A stretch of DNA of 64,000 nt from Clostridia bacterium (lineage in GTDB: Bacteria > Bacillota > Clostridia > UBA1381). Location: positions 55,127 through 119,126 of the forward strand of contig JAFQJD010000004.1 in NCBI GenBank assembly GCA_017415105.1. Reading direction: 5' to 3'. The position numbers and the translations under genes were made by a program. Shown here piece after piece: positions 8,428-16,662 of the stretch (the first letter of the stretch is position 1; each line of letters begins with the position of its first letter). The notes under the pieces are model-generated. The model was given only the letters and a program-made list of their open reading frames with translations, was not told where the DNA came from and did no database searches.

Positions 8428-10095
8428 ATGAACCATCATAAATATAAAAGAATGTACACACCCGTTCCGATAACAAACCGTGAATGGTGTGATAAAGTAA
8501 TAGAAAAAGCACCGATATGGTGTAGTGTTGACTTGCGTGACGGAAACCAGGCTTTGTATTCACCGATGACAACAGATGAAAAGCTTGAATTCTTTGATTA
8601 CCTTGTAAAGCTTGGCTTCAAGGAAATTGAGGTAGGCTTCCCGGCGGCATCCGGTACAGAGTTTGAGTTTGTACGCCGTCTTATTGATGAGAACAGAATA
8701 CCTGACGATGTTTCAATCCAGGTTCTTACTCAGGCAAGAGAGCACATAATCGAAAAAACAATCGAAGCATTGGATGGTGCAAAGAACGCAATCGTTCATC
8801 TTTACAACTCAACCTCAACACTTCAGAGAGAGGTAGTGTTTAAAAAGGGCAAGGAAGAAATCAAACAGCTTGCGATTGAGGGTGCAAAGCTTGTAAAGAC
8901 TCTTGTTGATGCAAAGCTTGAGGGAAATATCAGATTTGAATATTCACCCGAAAGCTTTACGTGTACAGAGCCGGATTACGCAGTTGAGGTAGTAAACGCA
9001 GTAAACGAAATATTCTGCCCGACACCGGACAGAAAGGTGATAATAAACCTGCCGTCTACTATCGAGGTTGCAACTGCTAATGTATATGCAGACCAGATTG
9101 AGTATATGTGTAAAAACCTCAATAACCGTGAAAACCTTATCATCAGTGTTCACGCACACAATGACCGTGGCACAGGCGTTGCATCATCAGAGCTTGCAAT
9201 GCTTGCAGGTGCAGACCGTGTCGAGGGTACGCTTTTTGGCAACGGCGAAAGAACAGGTAATGCGGACATTGTGACAATCGCACTGAATATGTTCGCACAG
9301 GGTGTTGACCCCAAGCTTGATTTAAGTAACATAGATGAGGCTATTGCAGTATTTGAGAAGTTTAACAAGATGCCTATTCACTCACGTCATCCGTATGCAG
9401 GCGATATGGCATATGTTGCATTTTCAGGCAGTCATCAGGATGCTATCAAAAAGAGCTTTGATATGTTCGACGAGCATCCCGATAACAAGTGGGCAAACCC
9501 GTATCTTACAATCGACCCGGCAGATATCGGCAGAAAGTACGAGCCGATTATGATAAACAGCCAGTCGGGTAAGGGCGGCGTAAGCTATGTAATGGAAAAG
9601 AAATACGGTTATACATTGCCAAAGGCAATGCTTACAGAGTTTGCATCACTCATTAACGATTTGTCAGACGAAAAGCACACAGTGCTTGATAATGAGGAAA
9701 TCCATCAGGCATTCAAGGATACATATACAAATCTCAAAACACCATTGGTATCGCATTCATATTCAGCACAGAACGACGACCAGACAACGGTCGTAACTGC
9801 AACTATCGAGTATGACGGCAAGACATCGCTCGTAACAGGTACAGGTAACGGTCCGCTTGATGCATTGTGTATCGGTTTGAGAAAGCTCTTAGGTATCGAC
9901 TTTGAAATATGTGCATATACCGAGCACGCACTTGAGAGAAAATCATCATCAAAGGCGGCAACATATATTGCAATCAAGGACAACGACGACCATGAACGTG
10001 TATTCTGGGGCGTTGGTGTTCACGAAAACATATCAACAGCATCAATTTATGCACTGATAAGTGCAGTAAACCGTATGCTTATTGAGGAAGTGTAA
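8428..10095 (+). CDS. leuA: 2-isopropylmalate synthase (long LeuA type)
   Basis: Has DLRDGNQAL, HAHNDRGTGVA and a LeuA dimerisation C-terminus. The ATG at 8428 follows an AAGGTAGG RBS. The track start at 8368 is the -35 box. Confidence 0.9.
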   Translation: MNHHKYKRMYTPVPITNREWCDKVIEKAPIWCSVDLRDGNQALYSPMTTDEKLEFFDYLVKLGFKEIEVGFPAASGTEFEFVRRLIDENRIPDDVSIQVLTQAREHIIEKTIEALDGAKNAIVHLYNSTSTLQREVVFKKGKEEIKQLAIEGAKLVKTLVDAKLEGNIRFEYSPESFTCTEPDYAVEVVNAVNEIFCPTPDRKVIINLPSTIEVATANVYADQIEYMCKNLNNRENLIISVHAHNDRGTGVASSELAMLAGADRVEGTLFGNGERTGNADIVTIALNMFAQGVDPKLDLSNIDEAIAVFEKFNKMPIHSRHPYAGDMAYVAFSGSHQDAIKKSFDMFDEHPDNKWANPYLTIDPADIGRKYEPIMINSQSGKGGVSYVMEKKYGYTLPKAMLTEFASLINDLSDEKHTVLDNEEIHQAFKDTYTNLKTPLVSHSYSAQNDDQTTVVTATIEYDGKTSLVTGTGNGPLDALCIGLRKLLGIDFEICAYTEHALERKSSSKAATYIAIKDNDDHERVFWGVGVHENISTASIYALISAVNRMLIEEV

Positions 10096-10177
10096 ATTTC
10101 CCTATCTCGCATGCTTTTCTCGCCTTATGTACGAAGAGTACACGGCGGCTTGAAAAGCACACAATCTAAGAAAATTT
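10094..10177. repeat. long imperfect hairpin element C
   Basis: Stem 10094-10124/10147-10177 with an apical TGTAC/GTACA stem. Five C.A/A.C positions become G.U on the minus strand. It starts within the leuA stop codon. Confidence 0.7.
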
Positions 10178-10214
10178 ACATCTTCCTTACTTGAATAAAA
10201 AGGAGGTAATCCTT

Positions 10215-10379
10215 ATGAAAAAACAATACATAATTCCGGAGATGACTGTACGGGATTTCGGCACAGAAGAAGTTCTTACAGTTTCGTCTGCTACCGAAAA
10301 GGCGTTGCGTTCGGGTGAATTAAAGGTCAACGGAAAATCGCTTGATGTAAACTCAAATATATTTTCTATAGAATTTTGA
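10215..10379 (+). CDS. small hypothetical protein (54 aa)
   Basis: AGGAGG RBS at 10201-10206. Starts MKKQYIIPEMTVRDFGTEEVLTVS... Its stop is 10 nt before the ATG of the next gene. Confidence 0.5.
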   Translation: MKKQYIIPEMTVRDFGTEEVLTVSSATEKALRSGELKVNGKSLDVNSNIFSIEF

Positions 10380-10389
10380 GGTGGATGTT

Positions 10390-12369
10390 ATGTTTAAAAA
10401 GATTCTGATTCTTACGGCGGCAGTGTTCACTGCCGTCTCAATGTATGCGTCGGCTGAGAGTTATCCGGTTGCCGAGCTTGTCAAAAATCCTGATATTGAC
10501 GGAGTGGAAATCCCGCAAGTATCGGATTTTCTCGATATAGACGCATATACTCCGGCATTGTTTGTTACGGCACAGAATCCGTCGGCAACCTCTGCCCAAA
10601 AAGCAACTCTGAGCGGTGAGGTTGACGGTGGTAAGATTTCTGATGATGGCGGATACGTGGAATATGACAACGGCGAAACCGCATCTGTGTATACACTTAC
10701 AATCAATCCCGGTGATTATACTATAGACGGATTTTGCGTTTCTTGTACATATGAAAACGAGAGTATGATAAAGGACTTTAATTTACCGTCGATAACAGGC
10801 GGTGAAGCAGAGGTTAATATTATCGTAAACCGCCCTGATGCAGTTATAAAGCTCGGCACACTTAAATCAAACGGAAAAGATGCCTTTAACGGTGCAGGTG
10901 TTCCGTATGCATTCGAGATTGTTGAGGGTAATGCATCAGACTGGCGTGTGTCGGAGGACGGGCATACTATAGAGGAATATATAGGTGAGGATGTTGACAC
11001 GCTTGTTATTCCGAATATGCTGGACGGAAAAATCATTCTCTCTGTTCAGAACGAAGCACTGATTGATGAGGGTAAAGTCGGTACACTGTTTGGTGAATAC
11101 AGTCCGGAAACCGGAATTGATGTACCGGCAAAATCTGTTGAGATTTCAGACGGAATACAAATACTCGGAACTTTCCTGTTTTATCAGTGTGGTGAGCTAA
11201 CAGGCGATATAGATATACCGTATACGGTAAGGGCAATAGGTCCTTATGCGTTTGCAGGCTGTGCAGGACTTACAGGTAATCTTGACCTTTCAAATTGTTC
11301 GGCACTTTATCCGTACACATTTGCAGGCTGCAAGGGTATATCGGGAACACTGACATTACCGGAGGTTTCATCAATACCGAGGGGAATATTCCTTGATTGT
11401 CCGTTGTCGGGCGAGCTTGAAATTCCGGAGGGAGTAGTAAGTATAGGCGAATATGCTTTTGCAATGAACGACTCATTGAAGGACGGCTTTTCGTCGCTTG
11501 TGTTACCGTCAACCTTAAAAGCAATAGGTGCTGTTGCATTCCAGCACAGAGACGGTATTAAAAACGAGCTTGTATTGCCTGACGGTTTGCAGTATATAGG
11601 TGACTTTGCATTTAACCACTGCACAGATTTTACAAATACATCCGTAACAATTCCTGCCACTGTAAAAACAATAGGCGGTGACCTCGCAATTGCACAGGGC
11701 GAGGGCGAGAAAAATACGGGCTATGGCGGTCACATTTTCTATGACGCATTTTATAACAGCACAGAGTTTAAAGTGAACGGCAACGGAGTATTTTGTGCAA
11801 ACGACGGTGTGCTTATGACATCGGACGGAAAGAGACTTTTAACATATCCTATGGCAAAGGAAGATGTGAGCTATGTAATCCCAGAGGGTATTACACAGAT
11901 TGACGAGATGGCATTCGGCAGAACAAAGGTGAAGTCAGTAACATTGCCCGACAGCTTCATATTCAGCACAACCGTGCCGGAGAACATCATAAACAAAGAG
12001 GGCAATAACTTTGCTGTTGCTATGTATATTTATAATAACTGTGCAGAGGTACTGACAAAGGAAACAAACCCGAACTATAAATCAATTGACGGCATTGTAT
12101 ATTCAAAGGACGGAAGAGAACTGTGGTATGTGCCGACAATGCACGGTGCAGTAACAGTTGCAGACGGCTGTACAACCATAAAGAACGGTGCGTTCTTCTG
12201 CAGTGGCAGTGCAACATATACGAAATGGGGAACGGTAACAATTCCTGCATCTGTTACTGTAATTGAAGAAAATGCACTTAAACATCTTAACGGTAGCGGT
12301 GCAACACTTGTTGTTGACAGTGAAAACAAGGTATATACCGTATCAAATGGAAAAGTCGTAAAAAAATAA
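10390..12369 (+). CDS. secreted leucine-rich-repeat (BspA-type) surface protein
   Basis: Signal peptide MFKKILILTAAVFTAVSMYASA, then repeated ..IP..V..IG..AF..C..L.. units through the C-terminal two thirds. Confidence 0.75.
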   Translation: MFKKILILTAAVFTAVSMYASAESYPVAELVKNPDIDGVEIPQVSDFLDIDAYTPALFVTAQNPSATSAQKATLSGEVDGGKISDDGGYVEYDNGETASVYTLTINPGDYTIDGFCVSCTYENESMIKDFNLPSITGGEAEVNIIVNRPDAVIKLGTLKSNGKDAFNGAGVPYAFEIVEGNASDWRVSEDGHTIEEYIGEDVDTLVIPNMLDGKIILSVQNEALIDEGKVGTLFGEYSPETGIDVPAKSVEISDGIQILGTFLFYQCGELTGDIDIPYTVRAIGPYAFAGCAGLTGNLDLSNCSALYPYTFAGCKGISGTLTLPEVSSIPRGIFLDCPLSGELEIPEGVVSIGEYAFAMNDSLKDGFSSLVLPSTLKAIGAVAFQHRDGIKNELVLPDGLQYIGDFAFNHCTDFTNTSVTIPATVKTIGGDLAIAQGEGEKNTGYGGHIFYDAFYNSTEFKVNGNGVFCANDGVLMTSDGKRLLTYPMAKEDVSYVIPEGITQIDEMAFGRTKVKSVTLPDSFIFSTTVPENIINKEGNNFAVAMYIYNNCAEVLTKETNPNYKSIDGIVYSKDGRELWYVPTMHGAVTVADGCTTIKNGAFFCSGSATYTKWGTVTIPASVTVIEENALKHLNGSGATLVVDSENKVYTVSNGKVVKK

Positions 12370-12393
12370 GAGTTTGCCTTCGGGCAAACTCTT
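12368..12393. terminator. bidirectional intrinsic terminator
   Basis: AAGAGTTTGCC ttcg GGCAAACTCTT, flanked by A-rich and T-rich tracts, between convergent genes. Confidence 0.75.
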
Positions 12394-12400
12394 ATTTTTA

Positions 12401-12919
12401 TCAGAAACTGTCGTAGAACACTACCTCGTCCATAGGACGGAATTCGGAATGCATTGCAATAGGTGCAGCATCCTCGTGCGGATAACCCATAACAAGAAGT
12501 GCCACCGGCTCAAAGTTATCGGGGATATTGTAAGCTTCACGCATTGCAAACGGGTCAAAGTGCATCACCCAGCACGAGCCTACGCCAAGTGTGTGAGCCT
12601 TTAGCATCATATGCGTTGTAACGATTGATGCATCAACGGCAGCAGACAATGCCCCGTCATATTTGCGTACCCAGCTTTCTTCCTTATTATAGCATACAAG
12701 CATTGCAGTGGGTGCATCAAAATGACACTTGGTGCAATCCTTAAGCTTATTTATGCTTTCGTCAGTGTTAAGCACCAGAATTCTTTGAGGCTGAAAATTA
12801 CAGCCGGTTGGGGCGAGATGCCCTGCCTTTAGTATTTCGTCAATAACACTCTGTTCGAGATGCTTGTTCTCGAATTTCCTTACCGAATATCTTTCGGCTA
12901 TTACCTTATCAAAATCCAT
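12401..12919 (-). CDS. nitroreductase-family protein
   Basis: RYSVRKF.. and LKAGHLAPTGCNFQPQRILV are typical of the family. Confidence 0.85.
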   Translation of the reverse strand: MDFDKVIAERYSVRKFENKHLEQSVIDEILKAGHLAPTGCNFQPQRILVLNTDESINKLKDCTKCHFDAPTAMLVCYNKEESWVRKYDGALSAAVDASIVTTHMMLKAHTLGVGSCWVMHFDPFAMREAYNIPDNFEPVALLVMGYPHEDAAPIAMHSEFRPMDEVVFYDSF

Positions 12920-12987
12920 TTTATTTCTCCTGTAATTTATAATACCTTAATTATACCATAAAAAGATTGAAGAGTCAATTTAATATT

Positions 12988-13026
12988 CGTTCATACAATT
13001 CATTAATCGTTCATACAATTCATTAA
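12988..13026. repeat. tandem 20 bp duplication
   Basis: CGTTCATACAATTCATTAA occurs at 12988-13006 and 13008-13026, spanning the stop codon of the XRE gene. Confidence 0.9.
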
Positions 13027-13311
13027 GTTTATGATATTCTTTTGTTGATGTGAATTAAGCTTATTAAATGCTGATAATACTTCTTTTTGTGATTCGGTAA
13101 GAACTACAGGAGAATTGTCAAAAGCAAAAAATTCCGATAGTGTTATATTAAAAGCCCTGCATATATTCATTAAAGAGGGTACGGTGGGTGTAATACCTTT
13201 GCTGAACCAAGATGAAATTGTAGTTTGTGCAATACCCGATTCTTCGGACAGACGGTATTCTGTCCAGTTTCGTTCGAGCCGTAGCTCCAAAATCCTGTCT
13301 AAAACGTTCAT
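13003..13311 (-). CDS. XRE-family helix-turn-helix transcriptional regulator
   Basis: LRLERNWTEYRLSEESGIAQTTISSW is an HTH_3-type motif. The gene is divergent from 13440. Confidence 0.8.
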   Translation of the reverse strand: MNVLDRILELRLERNWTEYRLSEESGIAQTTISSWFSKGITPTVPSLMNICRAFNITLSEFFAFDNSPVVLTESQKEVLSAFNKLNSHQQKNIINLMNCMND

Positions 13312-13367
13312 TATAATCCTCCATTTAAAATAGTAAGTTTTATAGTTATATTTTATACGATTAAGTA

Positions 13368-13396
13368 TTGACTTTTAATAATTATTATAGTATAAT
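13368..13396 (+). promoter_or_regulatory. sigma-A type promoter
   Basis: TTGACT, a 17 nt spacer, then TATAAT, upstream of 13440. Confidence 0.55.
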
Positions 13397-13439
13397 AGTT
13401 ACTAAAATAATCAGCAAAGCTGTTTAGAAGGAGGACAAT

Positions 13440-15032
13440 ATGAAAAAAACATTTAAAAAAGCTATAAGCTTAATCTTAACCTTTGCAATGTGTATGGTTT
13501 TTGTACCAAATAAATTTACGGTTACAACACATGCGGCAGCTATTTCAGCGACAGAAATGGCAAGAAAATTTAATGAATTAAAGGCAAAGTATCCGGAAGG
13601 AAGTTACTGGAATGGCAGCTATAAGGTCAACGGAGCAGAAATGTCATGGGAATGTATGGGCTGGGCAGAAACAGTTTGTGACTATTTGTTTAATGAAAAT
13701 CCGAGAAACTGGGTTAAACAGACGAATTTTGCCAATTTGTGTGTAGGAGACCATGTTCGTATCAATAATAACGGACATTCTATAGTAATAACCAATATAG
13801 TGGGAGATACGGTTTATTATGCAGATTGCAATGCCGGATACGATGGCAGGGTTCACTGGAATAAAACTATGACAATGTCGCAACTGAAAGCAAAAACAAC
13901 GTGGTTTAAATCTCAACCAAATAACTGGGTAAGAACTCTGAACGGTACATCAACATCGACACCTCAACAGAGTGCTGCACAGCCCTCAAGCATAAACGAA
14001 GGAATATATAACCTTCAATGCGTAGAGGGTGGCAGGTATATGAATGTATATGCAGGGAATGACTGGGACGGAGTAAACGTATGCGTATGGGATAAGGACG
14101 GTTCACGTGAGCAGAATATGAAGATTGTTCATCGTGGCGGAAATAAGTACGCTTTTTATCCGCAGTCATCAAACGGTCGTGTAATTGATGCTAACCGTGG
14201 AAGTTCTTACAGTAATCCCCTTAAAGCAGGTAACAACATAGATTTATGGCAGACAAATGATACTCCTGCACAGGAATGGTATTTAATAGACCGTGGAGGC
14301 GGTAAGTACAGTATAGAACTTGCGGCAGCAAGAGGACTTGTTATAAGCTGTGACAATCCGTGGGCAAATAACGGAAATTGTAGCTTGCAGGCCTATAACG
14401 GCTCAAATAATCAGCATTGGTATTTAAAACGCACAGACGGTGGTTCAACGGTTGCATCGACACCAAAGCCGACTGTGGCACCTACGCCGAAACCGACGGC
14501 GACACCTGTACCGACCCCAAAGCCGACTGTAGCACCCACGCCTGTGCCGACGGCAACAGCGACACCTGTACCTACTGTAGTACCTACTGCCACTCCGGCT
14601 ATAACTCCGGAACCGACAGTAGCTCCGACTCCTCAGCCGACAGTGGAGCCTGAAAAAGAAGTTAGGGAATTTATTCTTACAATCGGAAGCAAGTATGCTA
14701 TAGTTTACGGTGAGGTTAAAGCTAATGATGTAGCACCGATTATAAGAAATGAAAGAACAATGTTTCCCGCAAGATTTGTTGCAGAAAATCTTGGTGCAAC
14801 AGTTTCGTGGAATCAGAGTGAGCAGCAGGTTATAATTACAAAGGGCGATATAAAAATAGTTCTTACAATAGGATTGCCATATGCCATTGTAAATGGGGAG
14901 TACGAGAAAATTGACTGTGCACCGTTTATTGAAAATGAGCGTACATATACACCGGTAAGACTGATTGCAGAAAGTCTTGGTGCAAAAGTTGACTGGGATG
15001 GTTCAACGCAGAGTGTAATTATTACGAGATAA
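13440..15032 (+). CDS. secreted multidomain protein: putative papain-fold Cys/His hydrolase, ricin-type lectin, Pro/Thr linker and 2 copper-amine-oxidase-N-like (stalk) repeats
   Basis: Signal peptide. SWECMGWAE..GHSIVITNIVGDTVYYADCN resembles a CHAP/NlpC-P60 catalytic Cys..His. QxW motifs (AQEWYL, NQHWYL) indicate a beta-trefoil. A PT-rich linker is followed by two repeats of ..IRNERTMFPARFVAENLGA.V.W. Confidence 0.7.
   Translation: MKKTFKKAISLILTFAMCMVFVPNKFTVTTHAAAISATEMARKFNELKAKYPEGSYWNGSYKVNGAEMSWECMGWAETVCDYLFNENPRNWVKQTNFANLCVGDHVRINNNGHSIVITNIVGDTVYYADCNAGYDGRVHWNKTMTMSQLKAKTTWFKSQPNNWVRTLNGTSTSTPQQSAAQPSSINEGIYNLQCVEGGRYMNVYAGNDWDGVNVCVWDKDGSREQNMKIVHRGGNKYAFYPQSSNGRVIDANRGSSYSNPLKAGNNIDLWQTNDTPAQEWYLIDRGGGKYSIELAAARGLVISCDNPWANNGNCSLQAYNGSNNQHWYLKRTDGGSTVASTPKPTVAPTPKPTATPVPTPKPTVAPTPVPTATATPVPTVVPTATPAITPEPTVAPTPQPTVEPEKEVREFILTIGSKYAIVYGEVKANDVAPIIRNERTMFPARFVAENLGATVSWNQSEQQVIITKGDIKIVLTIGLPYAIVNGEYEKIDCAPFIENERTYTPVRLIAESLGAKVDWDGSTQSVIITR
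14458..14653 (+). repeat. Pro/Thr-linker coding repeats
   Basis: Near-identical 26 nt copies (CCAAAGCCGACTGTGGCACCTACGCC at 14463 and a 2-mismatch variant at 14517) inside low-complexity TPxP coding sequence. Confidence 0.8.
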
Positions 15033-15050
15033 ATGAAAGGAAAAAGCATT

Positions 15051-15398
15051 ATGATAAAGAAAATAGGACTTCTGATTCTTGTTGTAATTATGCTTGTATC
15101 TATGCTAGGATGCAGTTTTTCAAAACAAAAAAGACTTATTGGAACATGGGTATCACCGTATGCCGACAATCAGAAACTTGAAATACGTACAGAAGAATTG
15201 CGATTCAATTACAGAAGATTTGATTATGTTGTAAAAGGCAACAAACTGTATCTTGAGGAAACGTTTCCCAACAAATCTCTTATTGGGGAAATGCCATTCA
15301 AGTTGAGTGGCGATACCCTGACTATTGATCTTGGAGAAACTTTCAGTGGGTTTTTCTACGGTTGTAGCGGTAAAGTGAAACTCCAAAGACAAGAATAG
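15051..15398 (+). CDS. small lipoprotein
   Basis: MIKKIGLLILVVIMLVSMLGC carries a lipobox. The ATG at 15051 has an AAAGGAAAAAG RBS; the alternative ATG at 15033 has none. Confidence 0.55.
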   Translation: MIKKIGLLILVVIMLVSMLGCSFSKQKRLIGTWVSPYADNQKLEIRTEELRFNYRRFDYVVKGNKLYLEETFPNKSLIGEMPFKLSGDTLTIDLGETFSGFFYGCSGKVKLQRQE

Positions 15399-15427
15399 TA
15401 TTTTATAAAAGTGTATTAGGAGGAAAT

Positions 15428-15808
15428 ATGTATTGTAACAAATGTGGAAATCCCATAAATGCCGGAGCAAACTTTTGCCCTGCATGTGGAAAAAATATCG
15501 GAGTATCATACAATTCAAATCAAAAGAAGTTATTGGAATACTCAAAATATTTAATAGGTGCAACTCCACCGGTTCTTTTGATATTAAGGATGCTGATGCA
15601 GGAGGAACGGAGTGGTTTTGGATGGAGCAAATATACTTATCATACTGTACCTAGCAACTACAAAGTCATAATGATAGTGATTGCACTTGGGATGTTGGGT
15701 ACTGCATTATATCTAAAAAGTAGGAGTGGTCTAAAAAGCAAAACTGTGTTTGTGTGTGGCATAATTGCAACATGGTTAAGCTTTTTGATAATCTTTGTGA
15801 ACATTTAA
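15428..15808 (+). CDS. zinc-ribbon membrane protein
   Basis: Has CNKCG..CPACG and three predicted TM segments. RBS is AGGAGG. Confidence 0.6.
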   Translation: MYCNKCGNPINAGANFCPACGKNIGVSYNSNQKKLLEYSKYLIGATPPVLLILRMLMQEERSGFGWSKYTYHTVPSNYKVIMIVIALGMLGTALYLKSRSGLKSKTVFVCGIIATWLSFLIIFVNI

Positions 15809-15814
15809 AAGAAG

Positions 15815-15843
15815 AACTGCGGGAGCGTCACTCCCGCAGTTTT
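15815..15843. terminator. bidirectional intrinsic terminator
   Basis: CTGCGGGAG cgtca CTCCCGCAG followed by TTTT, between the convergent 15428 gene and lgt. Confidence 0.8.
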
Positions 15844-15845
15844 AG

Positions 15846-16649
15846 TTATGCTTTAAAACATTCTTTATCAGATTTTGTTACATATATAAGTCCTGCAACA
15901 GATACTATAATAAGTATCGCCGCAACGAGCTGTGATATACCGAGTATATCGGGGATAGCATAGAGAATGTAGCGTGTATCACGCATACCCTCAAGAATAA
16001 GTCTGCCTGCGGAATACCACAGGATATATCCGAAGAAAATCTGACCGTTCTTTTTCTTTTTATTTCGCAATATGCATAACAGTATCACACCGGCAAAGCT
16101 CCACATTGACTCGTAGAAAAACAACGGATGAACCGGTGCATTGCCGTTAATTGACATACCGAGGAAAAACTCCGTTGGTCTGCCAAAAACCTCACAGTTT
16201 GTAAAATTACCCCATCTGCCTATTGCCTGACCTAATAGCAGTCCTATACAACAGACGTCAAACGTGTTTAAGATATTAAGCTTTTTAACCCTGCAGTATA
16301 TAAAGGTAGATAAAACGGCCCCGATTATACCGCCGTATATGGCGATACCGCCCTCCCATATGCGGAAGATGCCCATCCAGTCGCCACGGAACTCATTAAG
16401 TGCAAACAATACATAATATATACGTGCACAAACTATACCCGAAACCATTCCCCAGAGTGCTATGTCAAGGACGTTGTCCTTTGATAAGCCTCGTTTTTCA
16501 CTGTCGAGGGATACAATAAATATACCCATCAGAAAACCGAAAAGAATTATCAATGCATACCAGTAAACTTCCTTACCTCCGACAGAAAATGCTATCGGGG
16601 ATATGTCCAGTGTTATACCGAGTTTCGGAAAAGCTATAATATTATTCAT
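15846..16649 (-). CDS. lgt: prolipoprotein diacylglyceryl transferase
   Basis: Has Lgt-family motifs (GGIAIYGGIIG, GQAIGRWGNF). Confidence 0.9.
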   Translation of the reverse strand: MNNIIAFPKLGITLDISPIAFSVGGKEVYWYALIILFGFLMGIFIVSLDSEKRGLSKDNVLDIALWGMVSGIVCARIYYVLFALNEFRGDWMGIFRIWEGGIAIYGGIIGAVLSTFIYCRVKKLNILNTFDVCCIGLLLGQAIGRWGNFTNCEVFGRPTEFFLGMSINGNAPVHPLFFYESMWSFAGVILLCILRNKKKKNGQIFFGYILWYSAGRLILEGMRDTRYILYAIPDILGISQLVAAILIIVSVAGLIYVTKSDKECFKA

Positions 16650-16662
16650 ACTTATTCCTCAT

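Noticed and set aside
14458-14653. Repetitive DNA that could be mistaken for a repeat array or CRISPR
   Set aside because: It lies in frame within a long ORF and encodes a Pro/Thr linker. The repeats are irregular with no spacer organisation.
10191-15808. Considered whether the 10-16 kb accessory islet is a defence or toxin system
   Set aside because: It has no nuclease, ATPase, methylase, toxin or immunity signature, and no mobile-element boundary. The genes are heterogeneous, sit on both strands and have separate promoters and terminators. It is better described as unrelated accessory genes.
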